Counted from the whole stretch's first letter, positions 50,426 through 61,107 are shown. The stretch: 63,123 nt of DNA, filler included, from Hyphochytrium catenoides (GCA_900088475.1; 11 parts of 11 records of this genome joined end to end with filler, not necessarily neighbours in it); one strand, 5' to 3'. Notes: a model not told the origin generated them from the letters alone. Program-made: numbers and translations.

Positions 50426-51975
50426 ATGTATAGCCCTTTGGTCCGTCTTAATTTATGCTACTAGCTCTCTGGGAGATAAGTGTCCCTTTTCGCCTTTCTC
50501 GCCCATTTTGGGGAAGACTTTTTCTGCCTGAGCTGCTTCTTCTTTCCTTTCTCTCTCCCATTTTCTCCCTCCTTACATTGCATGACGATCACCAACAGAA
50601 GAGAGAGCAAGAAAATGCTGTCAACGGGAGGAGAGAAGAAAGTGCTTCAGAGAAGGCCAACGAGAACATGAAGCCCATAGACGCTGGGAAAGGAGGAGAG
50701 AAAAAAACCTCCCGCTCAGTCTCTGCCCCTGGAGAGAGGACAGGAAAGGCTTCGAAAGGAGTCATTGTCCAAGGAGGGATAGAAAGACCTGAGACTGAGA
50801 TAAAGACAGGTAACAACATCTTTCTCGCTCCATGTGTCTCTCTTTTTCTCTCTCCTTTTCTCTCTTTTTTCTCTCTCTCTTTCTTACTCTCTTCCTCGCT
50901 CCGGCCATCTATTTGGCCGTTCAGCTACCGTGCGGCCCCTCACTTCTCTTTTTGCTGCCTGTTTGTCTTAGGGCGAAGGGCCGGAAAAGAAAGGGAGAGA
51001 GGAAAGGATGCACGGCAAGGAAGAGGAAGAGATGAAAGAGACACAGCTTTAAACACGGGCAGAGGACAGAGAGACAGACCCGCCCGACAGAAGGATGCCA
51101 GCCACAGCAGGGAGAGAGAAGAACGTCAAACGGTTAGAGTCAAAGCAGAAGAAGAAGTGGGAAAGAGCATAAGAAGCGAAAGGGAAAGTGACAGCAAAGC
51201 TTCAGAGAGGGACACGGATCGCAGCCGGAGTAAAGGTAGAGGAAGACAGGCAGAGGGAAGACATCCCAACGAAGAGAATCGAAGGGCAGCAGAGAGTCAA
51301 GAAGGAAAGAAGAGTAAGGCGGGCAATGCAAGCCAAAGGGAGACAGAGAGAGAAGTGCATGAGGTACAAAGAGAAGAGAGAGGTTCCAGAAAGGAGAGAA
51401 CCCGTGGCGAAGGAGCTTCCCTTCCTATCAGAGCATTAGAGGAACGCATCAGGAAAGAGCTGCGTCTTGATCCTTCCAAAGAAAGACCAGATGAAGGTAG
51501 ATCCTCTCTTTCCTCTCTATCTCTCTTCTTCCCTGGTGTCCATATGCCAGTGTCTACTCAATATTCTGGCCATTTACTCTTCTCTCTTCCATTTGTCCCC
51601 CATGTTTGCCTCCGTTGCATTCCGTCGCCTCGCCCCTTTGCTCTCTCTCTGTTTGAAACTTTTTTGTCGCATCCTTTTCTAATCTATACACGGCCGTGTG
51701 TGTCAGAAGGTCAGCGCTATAAACCGCGCCAGGAGAGAGAGGAGAGACCCCAAGAAAGAGACGGGAGACGTGGGAAAGATCGAGAAATAACTCCACGTCC
51801 GGCAGAGCAGGAAGCTTCAGTTGCAGAAGAAAGTAGAGGCGGACAGAGGACCAGCGGGAGAGAGTCGCGAGGAGCGGGACGGGGAAGAGGGAGAGGAGGA
51901 GGAAGAGAGAGAGGCAGAGGACAACAGACTAGCCAAGGAGGACGTGGAGGTTTATGGATGCCAAAGGCGCAATAA
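48491..51975 (+). CDS. TDRD3/RMI1-type OB-fold protein with charged and RG-rich C-terminus, 5' truncated
   Basis: Spliced LPGPFFLQISSLANVGQP...RLLALRLTDGQTRCTAIE...|LKTAPGTKLRVQNVPVRNGKLLLSPQNCSVLGGEVAQLYTSW...|KPPAFTEF matches the TDRD3 N-terminal OB-fold and the following PPxF motif. Confidence 0.8.
50201..50464 (+). repeat. Tandem duplication of about 126 bp covering an exon end and 5' splice site
   Basis: 50201-50326 and 50327-50464 are near identical (aagta.agaataatg...gccctttggtccgtctta.tttatgctacta). Confidence 0.9.
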
Positions 51976-52863
51976 CGGCGCCAGAGATGGCCCTCGGGTT
52001 GAGCGCAAGTAACGGAAGAAGGAACATTGCCCCTTACAAGGGAGAGACGTGCTTCTAGCAGTTAATAAGAAAACGGAAGCAACCCAAAGAAGAGCGAAGA
52101 AGGCGTTAGCAAGAAAGAGAGAGAGAGAAACCAAGAGACGCGAAAGTGAGAGAAAAAGAGCGGGAAGGAAAGAGAGGACACTAACTATAGGGGAGCAATA
52201 GATTCGTTAAACCCAGCTCTTCTTCGTAATGAAGAAAAATAGTGCGAGAGACACCTAATAGACAAGAGCCAGGAGGAACTTGTACCCGGCCCTCTCGACG
52301 CGAAACGGGAGAGAGAGAGAAAGAGAAGACAAGTCACGCCCAAAAGGAGAACGAGAAGAGGAATCTTTAGTGCATCTCTCGAAGAGGAAAAAATAAACAG
52401 TTGACTCTCTTCCAAGGGGTTCACGAAGGTGCAAATTTGTCTCCTTCTTCCTCCAAGCCTTATCGGGACTTCACACTTGGAGCTTTTTCTTTTTTACTTT
52501 TCTCTCCTGCAGACATAGTGCTGCGGCTTCTCTCTCTGTAAGAGGCTGTCCAGTTTTGAAAGTGCTCAATATCTCTCTCTTGCTCGAAAGAAGGCGTGGC
52601 TTCTCTCTCTAAGAGAGAAGAATTTCACTGCTTTCGGTAGATTTCAACAGGAGAGACAGACCTTGGAAAGGAGACAAGTAGAAACCCCATGAGAAAGAAT
52701 GTGGGCTATAAGTAAGAGAGAACGAGAGACAGGTAACAGAAGAGAGAGAGAGAGGAGAGAGGAGAGAGAGAGCACTTGGATATTCAACCGGTTAGCAGAT
52801 CTTAAGAAGGTAGGCACCGTCATCGGACGAACAAGGCCGGCAAGACGCTTCGTCACCGGAAGG

Positions 52864-54376
52864 TCACTGACGGCGGTCTTCTCTCCTACTTTCCCGATAA
52901 CGATCCCGACTTTGGCTCCTTTCTGTTCTCTCTCTCCTATACTCTTCTCTCTCTCTGGACCTCTCTCTTCTGTACTGCGTCCTGGATGGAGAGGAGCTGC
53001 GCGAAGGCTCACGATTAGGGGAGGCTCTTCTGTCTCTCTCTCTTCTTTGCTCTGAACGACCTGGTGATCGGCTTCTCCTCCTCTTTGAGTCCCTCCGCGG
53101 ACTTTTCTCTTCCAAATAGTCCTTCCTTCTCTCTCCTCGCTCAGTGCTTCTCCTTCTCCGTTCCTCCCGTCGCTCCCTACTTTCAGGAGAGTGGTGGCCA
53201 TTGTCTCCTCTCTCCCTGCTTCTTGCTCTTGTTCCTTGTCTGTCGCGACTCCTCTCTCTTCTGTCCCTTCTCTCTTCTCCTCTGTCTCGGCTATGTCTTT
53301 CAGCCGATCGCCCTCTTCTCTTTTCTCTTTCAGCGCTCTTTCTGGATTGTTCCGTTGAGCGTTCACGTCGATCTTCTCTCTCTGAGCTTCTTCTCTTCCT
53401 CTCCGGAGATCGGCGTCTTCTGTCCTTTCTCTCGGGCGTTCGGCTCCTACTGCGCTTTCTCTCCTTCTCTTTCAACGTCTTTCCACGCTTTTCTTTCTTC
53501 GCTGGGCTTCTGCTACGGCTTCTACCTTTCTTGCGCTGAAGCGACAGGAAGAGTGAGGTAGTGCACATGCGAAAGAGAAGGCGGAGAGAGAGAAGAGGAG
53601 AAAGAGAGAACAAAAAGTAGCTTCCAGCAGTGTACGAGAGAAGATGGAAAGAAAGGTGACATTCGAGTGGGAGAGAACAGAAGCAAGCTTATATAAGAGA
53701 AGGAATATCAGAGAAGAAGGCCAGAAAGGGCGTGTACCTACCTTCACATCTTCTCTTTCTTCACTGCTGCTGCTTGCCTTTCTCTTCTTCTTCTTCTTCG
53801 ATTCTTTCTTCTCCTTCACCTCTTCCAGTTCCTCCTCTTCTTCCTCGTCACTGCTGCTGTCATCGCTTGAAGTATCATCCTAAAAGAGAGACAAGAAGAG
53901 AGATTTTAGAAACGACTATAACTAGAGAGCGGGCAGAAAGAGTAGACCAATCAATGACAGAGAGAGAGAGAAAGAGAGAGAGAGAGATGCATATACTGAA
54001 CGTGCGTTGAAGGGTAAAGAGCAGATAGGGAAGCGAACATCAAGAAAAAGAAGACAAGCTGTTGATATCTGACAGAGAGAATTAAAACTACGTCTAGGAA
54101 ATAAGAGAGTTGGAGAAAAATAGAGAGAGAGAGACCGAGGGAGTGGGAAGGGAGAGAGGGACGGACCCTTAGAGTAGAGAAAGGAAGAGAGAGAGAGAGA
54201 GAAAGCTGAACCCACCTCATTAGCGCCAGTGGGCTGGCCTGTGCTAAGGAAATTCCGGCATTGGAAGGTTAAGTGGCCTACCATCCCACACTGAGGCACA
54301 TCGAGGAGAGACAGAATGAGCCAAGACGCAAACGAGAGAGAGGAAGAAATGTACAAAGTCACAGAAGCGAGGAAGC

Positions 54377-54436
<60 letters not shown>

Positions 54437-55797
54437 AGCGACAGGGTAAGAAAACGACGACGTGCAAAGGTGGTCCTAACATAGATCCGTCTTCGTCTAA
54501 TGCTGGGCGATGCACAAACGAAGATGGACGACACTTCCTCTTTACCTTCTTGCAAGCGCCACGCTTGTCATTCTGCACCAAGCACGGGAACGGAGCAGAC
54601 AGAGAAAGGAAAAGAAGAAGAAGGTTAGCATAACTAGAAGTTTTCGTAGCTGAAAGGGGAAAAAAGACGCAGCAGCGAAGAGAAGAAGGGGAAAGAGAGA
54701 AAAGACCAGGACACGACAATCAAGGAGAAGCGGGGGATGTAGAAGTAGACGAGTGATGGAGAGGCAGTCAAACAGAAAGGGATGGACGGGCTGGGTGCGT
54801 AAGAGAGAGAAGAGAAGGAGAGAAAAGAGAGAAAAGACGAAGAAGAAAAGAGCGCCGGAGCTGAGCTCCCAACATGAAGATGGACTGCTTTTGAGAGTGA
54901 GCAAGAGGAGTGGGAGAGCTGCGCCCGCTACATACATCAAGAGAGAGAGAGAGAGANNNNNNNNNNNNNNNNNNNNNNNNNNNNNNNNNNNNNNNNNNNN
55001 NNNNNNNNNNNNNNNAGAGAGAGAGAGAGAGAGAGAGAGAAGGAGAAGACTCCGAAGCGCGGGACTTACGCCTTTGTGCGTCAGCTTTGCCAGAGCCAGA
55101 AGCCCTTTTGACTGCTCATACGCACTCTCATGGTCCAGACCACTGCCTCCAGCCTCCTGCAGACCAAAAAGAACGAGACCGGGAGAAAGAGAGAGAAAGA
55201 GAGAAAGGGAAAGATGGAGAAGTAGAGAAAGACAACCAACAGACAGAGACCGAAAGATAGAGAAGAGAGAGTGAGCGGGGAAAGAAGAGAGAAAGAAAGA
55301 TGACGGGGCAAGTAGAGGAGAGAGTTACATGGAGAGAAGAGAAAGAGTGTGACACGTGGCGGGAAGGAGAAGGAGAGAGTGCGCAGCATAACAGACGAGG
55401 GTGAAGAGAGAGAGCCCATAGTGAAAGGCTAGCAAAACAGAGGACGTAGCCGCCGGGCCATGGAGAGGAAGGAGGGCAGACACAGCAGCTTGGAAGAATG
55501 AGGAATTCGCAGAGAGAAGGGCTTGTCTTGGAATCAAGGCGAGCAAAGCAGAGAAAGAGAAGAGAGAGAGATATTGAGAGAGGAAGAGAGACGAGACAAA
55601 GAGGTAGGAAACCGAGATGATAGAGAGAAAACACGGGGGAGAGAGAGAAAGAGACAAAGGAGAGAGTTACGTACATTCTCAGCTGCATACGGATCATATC
55701 CGATGGTGTTCTTCCAGATCCCTGTCATCTTCAGGGCCGCACTGCTGTGCATGCGATTATTGTGAGGCATCCTCACACGTCCAGCTGAGGCAGGCAT
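52864..55797 (-). CDS. CXIP4: CAX-interacting protein 4 / SREK1IP1-like CCHC zinc-knuckle RS protein
   Basis: MPASAGRVRMPHNNRMHSSAALKMTGIWKNTIGYDPYA|...KGLLALAKLT...|NDKRGACKK|CGMVGHLTFQCRNFLS followed by an Arg/Ser/Glu-rich tail. Confidence 0.9.
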
Positions 55798-56374
55798 CTT
55801 GATAGGCTTCAGATATTCTCTCTCTCTCTCTCTCTCTCTGTGTTTTCCTTCTTTTCTCTCTTGCTCTCTCTCTTTTCTTGTCACTCTGGGCTCTGTTTCG
55901 GTTCTGCTCTAGCAACGCTCTTCGGTGTTTTGCGTCTGTTTTCTTCTCTCTCTCTCTCTCTCTCTCTCTCNNNNNNNNNNNNNNNNNNNNNNNNNNNNNN
56001 NNNNNNNNNNNNNNNNNNNNNNNNNNNNNCTTTATCACCGCAGAACGCTGTCTACAACGCCCTTGACGAGCTCTTCAGAGGCTTTGAACAATCAGCGGAC
56101 GGACAGAGCTGTTTCTCTCTCTTCTCTCGTCTAGCGCTTGCTCTCTCTCTTCCTTCTCTCGATAACACTCACATTCGCTCTCTTCCACTTTCTGTGCCTC
56201 CCACATGTCTTCTTTCCTCTCTTTTCTTTTTCCTGTCTCTTTCGTGTGCCACTTCTCTCTCTCTCTCTCTCTCTNNNNNNNNNNNNNNNNNNNNNNNNNN
56301 NNNNNNNNNNNNNNNNNNTTAATTAATTAANNNNNNNNNNNNNNNNNNNNNNNNNNNNNNNNNNNNNNNNNNNN

Positions 56375-56530
56375 GCGTATGCTTTAAAGCCGTCGACGAT
56401 GCTGCGAAAGCTTGATGCTCTCGGTATATCTTTGTAGGGTATGACTCTGGCACCCATGGCTATCGACTGTATGATCCTGTGACCAAGAGAATCTCTGTGC
56501 GGCGTGATGTGGTTATCGACGAGTTTCGCT
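56375..56530 (+). pseudogene. Copia integrase SH3 fragment
   Basis: AYALKPSTMLRKLDA/(frameshift)IFVGYDSGTHGYRLYDPVTKRISVRRDVVIDE. Confidence 0.8.
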
Positions 56531-56593
56531 CTGCGGGTCTTTCTATGCAAACAGGCAAAAAGGCAGCACCATTATGACTATGTCTCTTTGTTT

Positions 56594-56918
56594 TGTTGGA
56601 GGCTGAGGGCACAGCTATGTGGATTACAAGCTGGCAAGCTTAACTACCCAAGTGTCAGCTCCAAACTCCCACTAGAAGCCGAGATATGAAGCAAACGAAA
56701 TGTCCCTGTTTATATCTATGGCTTATGGTCAGGACTCCGGAATACCTTCAGGACTGACTATTCCAGACAGGGAGATCTCTATAACTCTATATCTTAGACT
56801 TTATGGGGTGATTGGACAATGTCATTAGATGAGAGTGCTCTACTTATAAGCCCAACTGGGGTCCCATAAACTAGAGCTAATCTGACTATGCCAACTATTC
56901 TGAATAAACCCCAAGATA
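56594..56918 (+). mobile_element. Copia LTR family A copy with inverted 3' third
   Basis: 56594 to about 56804 matches the 5' two-thirds of the LTR at 56919. About 56802-56918 is the reverse complement of that LTR's 3' part (tatcttggggtttattcag...ctctcatctaatgacattgtccaatcacccca). Confidence 0.88.
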
Positions 56919-57639
56919 TGTTGGAGTCTGAGGGCACAGCTATGTGGCCTACAAGCTGGCAAGCTTAACTACCCAAGTTTCAGCTCTAAACTCCCAGTAG
57001 AGGCCGAGATATGAAGCAAACGAAATGTCCCTGTTTATATCTGTGGCTTATGGTCAGTACCCCGGAATACCTTCAGGACTGACTGTTCTAGACAAGGATT
57101 TCTCTATGACTGAATATCTTAGGGTTTATTAGAGATAGTTGGCATAGTCAGAATAGCTCTAGTTTATGGGACCCCAGTTGGGCTTATAAGTCGAGCACTC
57201 TCATCTAAGAGCATCTCCAACAGTGGTGGCTATTGCTATTTCTATTAGACCGTTGAAGGCCCTTTTTGCTGCAATCTGATTGGTCTGTATTTATTGATGC
57301 GTTACCGGCTCGAGTGCTATCTGTGCATCCCTAGCAGTGAAAATGGAAAGAGTGTCTATTTGACCTTCTTCAGTTCATCAGGGCTTCTCTTGCCATCATC
57401 ACCACACTCCAGTTCCCGCGCGCGCGAAACAGCCGATGTTTATGTTCAAATCCTCTCCAGAGATCTCATCTTTTCGTCTTTGCTCCTGATCTCGTTACTA
57501 TCTACCAGCGGCCGTAATGACGTTTGTTGACCTACTCTCATTCGAGCCTTTTCCCTGGTCGTGCTTTGAAGGTGTTTGAGCTCTGTTTTTGTTCTTCTTC
57601 TCCTCCTTCTTCCACATCAACGGCCATCATTCTTCTATC

Positions 57640-58491
57640 ATGGGCAGAGGCAAGAATTGGTCCACTTTGGAAGATGAGAATCTTTGTAGAGCGTGGGTAA
57701 GGGCAACCAAGAACTCTATTGTGGGAACAGACCAAAGCTCAAAGGCGTTCTGGAAAGCAATCACTTCGAATTTCGGCGCAGCGATGGTGCAGCAAGTTCC
57801 TGATGGTGAGATGATAAAGGAACCCAGATCAGAATCATCACTTAAAAGTCGATGGCAGACAATAAGCCACGATGTCAGTAAGTTCATCGGCATACTGGAG
57901 AAGATCGAGGCTCAGTCTCCGAGCGGCTTCACCGATGAAGATAAACGAAACAAGGCCTGTGAGCTTTATCGTACGGTCTACAAAGGCCCTTTCATTTTTC
58001 TCTCGTGCTGGACTCTTCTAAAGAGTTGCCCGAAGTTTGGAAACCATCACAAGCGATCTAGGGATCTCATGATGGCAGCATCAGATGCCGAAGGCGCAGA
58101 GGACTCACTGGCAGAGAATCCTTCTACTACTAGCAGCAGTTCTGCCTCTGAACTCTTAGAAGACGGCCATGGCGGGAATACCACATCCTCGTCAAGCGAT
58201 AATGGAGATCGAAGAAGCGCAAGCTATCGGCCGATGGGAAACAAACAGGCAAAGCTGCGTCAGACTCAAGCTAAGAAAAAAGGGAACGACGATCTGGAAC
58301 TGCGGAAGCAGATGGCCGCAGCTGCGATGGAAAGATCGGCTGAGATGAAACGGCGGAATGACATCTCTGAGGCAAAGTTGTTCCTGAGAATAGTTGAAGC
58401 TCAGGGCGGCCCACTATCTCAAGATGCGATGGATGTCCTGTCAAAAATGCAGCAACAGATCTCACAGAGATGGACTTCTCCTCCGTTGTGA
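57640..58491 (+). CDS. Harbinger Myb/SANT-like DNA-binding protein (NAM-associated type)
   Basis: MGRGKNWSTLEDENLCRAWVRATKNSIVGTDQSSKAFWKAI...RSESSLKSRWQTI...FIFLSCWTLLKSCPKF...RPMGNKQAK; ATG at 57640. Confidence 0.92.
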   Translation: MGRGKNWSTLEDENLCRAWVRATKNSIVGTDQSSKAFWKAITSNFGAAMVQQVPDGEMIKEPRSESSLKSRWQTISHDVSKFIGILEKIEAQSPSGFTDEDKRNKACELYRTVYKGPFIFLSCWTLLKSCPKFGNHHKRSRDLMMAASDAEGAEDSLAENPSTTSSSSASELLEDGHGGNTTSSSSDNGDRRSASYRPMGNKQAKLRQTQAKKKGNDDLELRKQMAAAAMERSAEMKRRNDISEAKLFLRIVEAQGGPLSQDAMDVLSKMQQQISQRWTSPPL

Positions 58492-58546
58492 ACCTTATTG
58501 ATTAGTCTGACGGTAAATATAATAAACAAATGTAAAGCCATTTATT

Positions 58547-59947
58547 TTAGGCCGCTGCTGTTGACCCATAAACATCCCACAAATAATCAATTAGGAGGTC
58601 CCTAAGCCTATAGTGTTCTGCTTGATCTTCTATCCTACTGATTGCTAAGGCCATGGTCTCGACTATGTCTGTCAAACCATCGCCGACCTCCGACCTCCCG
58701 CTCTCGATGACTGATGAGGGCGAGGGAACTCCACCTGCACCATCACCCGCAGCAGCCAATCCATCGTCAGCAAAGGAGCTGGCACTATTGACTTCTTCTC
58801 TGCGGTCTTCAACTATCATGTTGTGCAAAATGATACAGGTGAGCATGACATTTTTCGCCTTCCAGATAGTCCAGACACGCGCCGGTCGTTCGATAATGCC
58901 AAATCGCGCCTTTAAAACCCCAAAGGCGCGCTCAATGTCTTTCCGGCACGCTTCCTGCATTTTTGCAAAATGTCTTTGCTTGTTCCCTTCTGGCTCGGAA
59001 ATCGTCTGAACAAAGATTGACCACTTCGGGTATATGCCATCTGCGAGGAGGTAGTACTGTGACCGCTGCTCAGACCCTATCACGTATGGGACCTGCGGTG
59101 CGCCATGTCTAAATAGTGTTCCTAGCAGGGGAGATCGGTCAAGGACGTTAATGTCATTGCACGAACCAGGCAACCCAAAGTAGGCGTGCCAGAACCACAA
59201 GTCATAAGAAGCCACAGCTTCAAGTACTAAAGTGGGCTTCTTCTCTTTACCCTTGTATTGGCCGGCCCAGGCAACGGGACAGTTCTTCCACTGCCAGTGC
59301 ATACAGTCAATAGATCCAAGCATGCCAGGAAAACCTCTGTCCCGGCTCTTCCGCAGAATCCTGGCCACATCCTCTTGCGTAGGGGAGCGCAAGTACTGCT
59401 TGCTGTAGAGCTGAATGACGGCCTCGCAAAAATAGTCCAAGCTCTGCAGCGCCAAGGCCTCTGAGATTTGTAAGTACTCGTCACAGGCATTTCCAGACGT
59501 TCCATTGGCAAGAATCCTTATCGCCGCAGTCACTTTTTGAAGACATGTGGCGCCCTTTTTTTTAGCCGCGTTTACCCTTTGCTTGAAATATGGAATGCCT
59601 CCTGGTCCTTTCCAATTTTCGACATCTTTTAGTAGACGCTTGAAGAGCCTTGATGACATACGGAAATCTCTTTGAAACTTCTCTTCTGGATAGCGTGGCC
59701 TGCTCGTTGCGGTGCCAAGGTAATTCCGAACTATGGACTGATGAGCTTCCATCATGTTCCGCTTGATATAACGTCTACCTTTCACTGAACCACCCCAAGT
59801 GCCTTTCTCCTCGGTAAGCTCATCATCAGCTGTTGAAGTCGCTATGAGCGCATCGCAATAGTAGTCCAGCTCGTCCTCAGCGAAGAAAGAGGAATCGGAG
59901 TCCTCACTCGACGACGACGAAGAAGAGATGATGGTGGCGGGAAACAT
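58547..59947 (-). CDS. PIF/Harbinger DDE transposase (Plant_tran/HARBI1-like)
   Basis: FQRDFRMS, RGFPGMLGSIDCMHWQWKNCPVAWAGQY, LEAVASYDLWFWHAYFGLPGSCNDINVLDRSP, YYLLADGIYP, QEACRKDIERAFGVLKARF and CIILHNMIVED; 466 aa, uninterrupted. Confidence 0.97.
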   Translation of the reverse strand: MFPATIISSSSSSSEDSDSSFFAEDELDYYCDALIATSTADDELTEEKGTWGGSVKGRRYIKRNMMEAHQSIVRNYLGTATSRPRYPEEKFQRDFRMSSRLFKRLLKDVENWKGPGGIPYFKQRVNAAKKKGATCLQKVTAAIRILANGTSGNACDEYLQISEALALQSLDYFCEAVIQLYSKQYLRSPTQEDVARILRKSRDRGFPGMLGSIDCMHWQWKNCPVAWAGQYKGKEKKPTLVLEAVASYDLWFWHAYFGLPGSCNDINVLDRSPLLGTLFRHGAPQVPYVIGSEQRSQYYLLADGIYPKWSIFVQTISEPEGNKQRHFAKMQEACRKDIERAFGVLKARFGIIERPARVWTIWKAKNVMLTCIILHNMIVEDRREEVNSASSFADDGLAAAGDGAGGVPSPSSVIESGRSEVGDGLTDIVETMALAISRIEDQAEHYRLRDLLIDYLWDVYGSTAAA

Positions 59948-60489
59948 ACTACTAATAATGAAGATTATATGATTCCGGAAGTATGTGCCGGCTGAACTTC
60001 ACTGGCGGATGGCGATAATATTGCCTTGATCTTCACCATCTGCTGCGGTCAATAGCAAAGCTATGTACAAGCCGATGATGCGCCGACTCACGCAATTCCG
60101 ATGATTGATGCTAGTGGAGATTGTGTGATCTGCTGCATCGCCAGCACACATCACATCTACTCAAGTCCAGGGGTATATCAGTGTATTGGCCAGAAACCTG
60201 GAGCGAGGGGTCGCAAGGGGCATCCTGAATTCAAAAATACACCTTGAATTCTCTTGTAGGGACAGCACAAATAGCACCGGGAGCCGGTACCGGCAGCGGA
60301 GCACGAATAGACACTCTGAAAACGTTACCGGTCTCCATATGGATCCGGTTTAGCAATAGACACTCTGCTAGGGATGCGATTTTTGGGGTACAAATGTAAA
60401 ATACCGGCAACGTCCATAGAAATAGAAATAGCCACCACTGTTGGAGATGCTCTAATGACATTGTCCAATCATCCCATACAAATCCAACA

Positions 60490-60502
60490 GGTTATGGGCC
60501 CA
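60490..60502 (+). promoter_or_regulatory. Primer-binding site complementary to the anticodon region of initiator tRNA-Met (half-tRNA priming, Hemivirus-type)
   Basis: GGTTATGGGCCCA directly after the LTR-terminal CA; it is the reverse complement of TGGGCCCATAACC in tRNAiMet. Confidence 0.88.
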
Positions 60503-61107
60503 CGCGTCCCCCAAGACTCGGAAACTTGTTCTGAGGCCTCTGAGCCAACCACTGGACCATTGCGATCCCGACCGAGACCAAGATCAAGTCGCCCCCTGGA
60601 GCAGCCAACGAGCTCCACTGGGCAATAACGGCTACCCGGTCTCGCCGGCTTCCAAAACAACTAGCCAGTACCGGCTACCGGTACAGTCATATAGCTGCTA
60701 ACGGCAATCCTGTTCCACTGAAACTTTCGGAAATATTTCAACGAAAACTTCGAAGAAACATTGGAAACATCGAAAAGTTTCGTCCAACATTTCGGTATAA
60801 ATTTCAGCCGCTACAGCGATAATTTCAACCATACGAGCACTTTCTAAAGGGAAAGTTTCAAGCACGATTTCGGACCAAAATCACCTTTTTGCGGAGCTTT
60901 CAAAGAGTGACAGGGGGGGGTAAATAGGCATCGCTGAGTTCATTGGTGCCATTATTTTCTTCTGAAACCGCTTCGTTTTGGAGATATCGTCCCATTTATC
61001 AAGGCAAGAAGAACATCAAATCCTACGGATACAAAGTCTACTATTGTCCATTTCTCTTTCCATTCTCATCACAAGACCTATATCAAGCCCCCAGAATCAT
61101 CAACATA

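Larger units (their letters stand above)
57209..60452. mobile_element. Apparently intact autonomous PIF/Harbinger DNA transposon (3,244 bp)
   Basis: 37-bp TIRs with one mismatch (GAGCATCTCCAACAGTGGTGGCTATT[G/T]CTATTTCTAT at 57209-57245 and 60416-60452), TAA TSD at 57206-57208 and 60453-60455, and two convergent intact ORFs. Confidence 0.97.
56919..60489 (+). mobile_element. 5' LTR (324 bp when the insertion is removed) of a Ty1/copia element, split by a Harbinger insertion
   Basis: TGTTGGA at 56919 and TCCAACA at 60489. Halves 56919-57208 and 60456-60489 rejoin to match uninterrupted copies. Followed by a PBS and gag. Confidence 0.92.
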
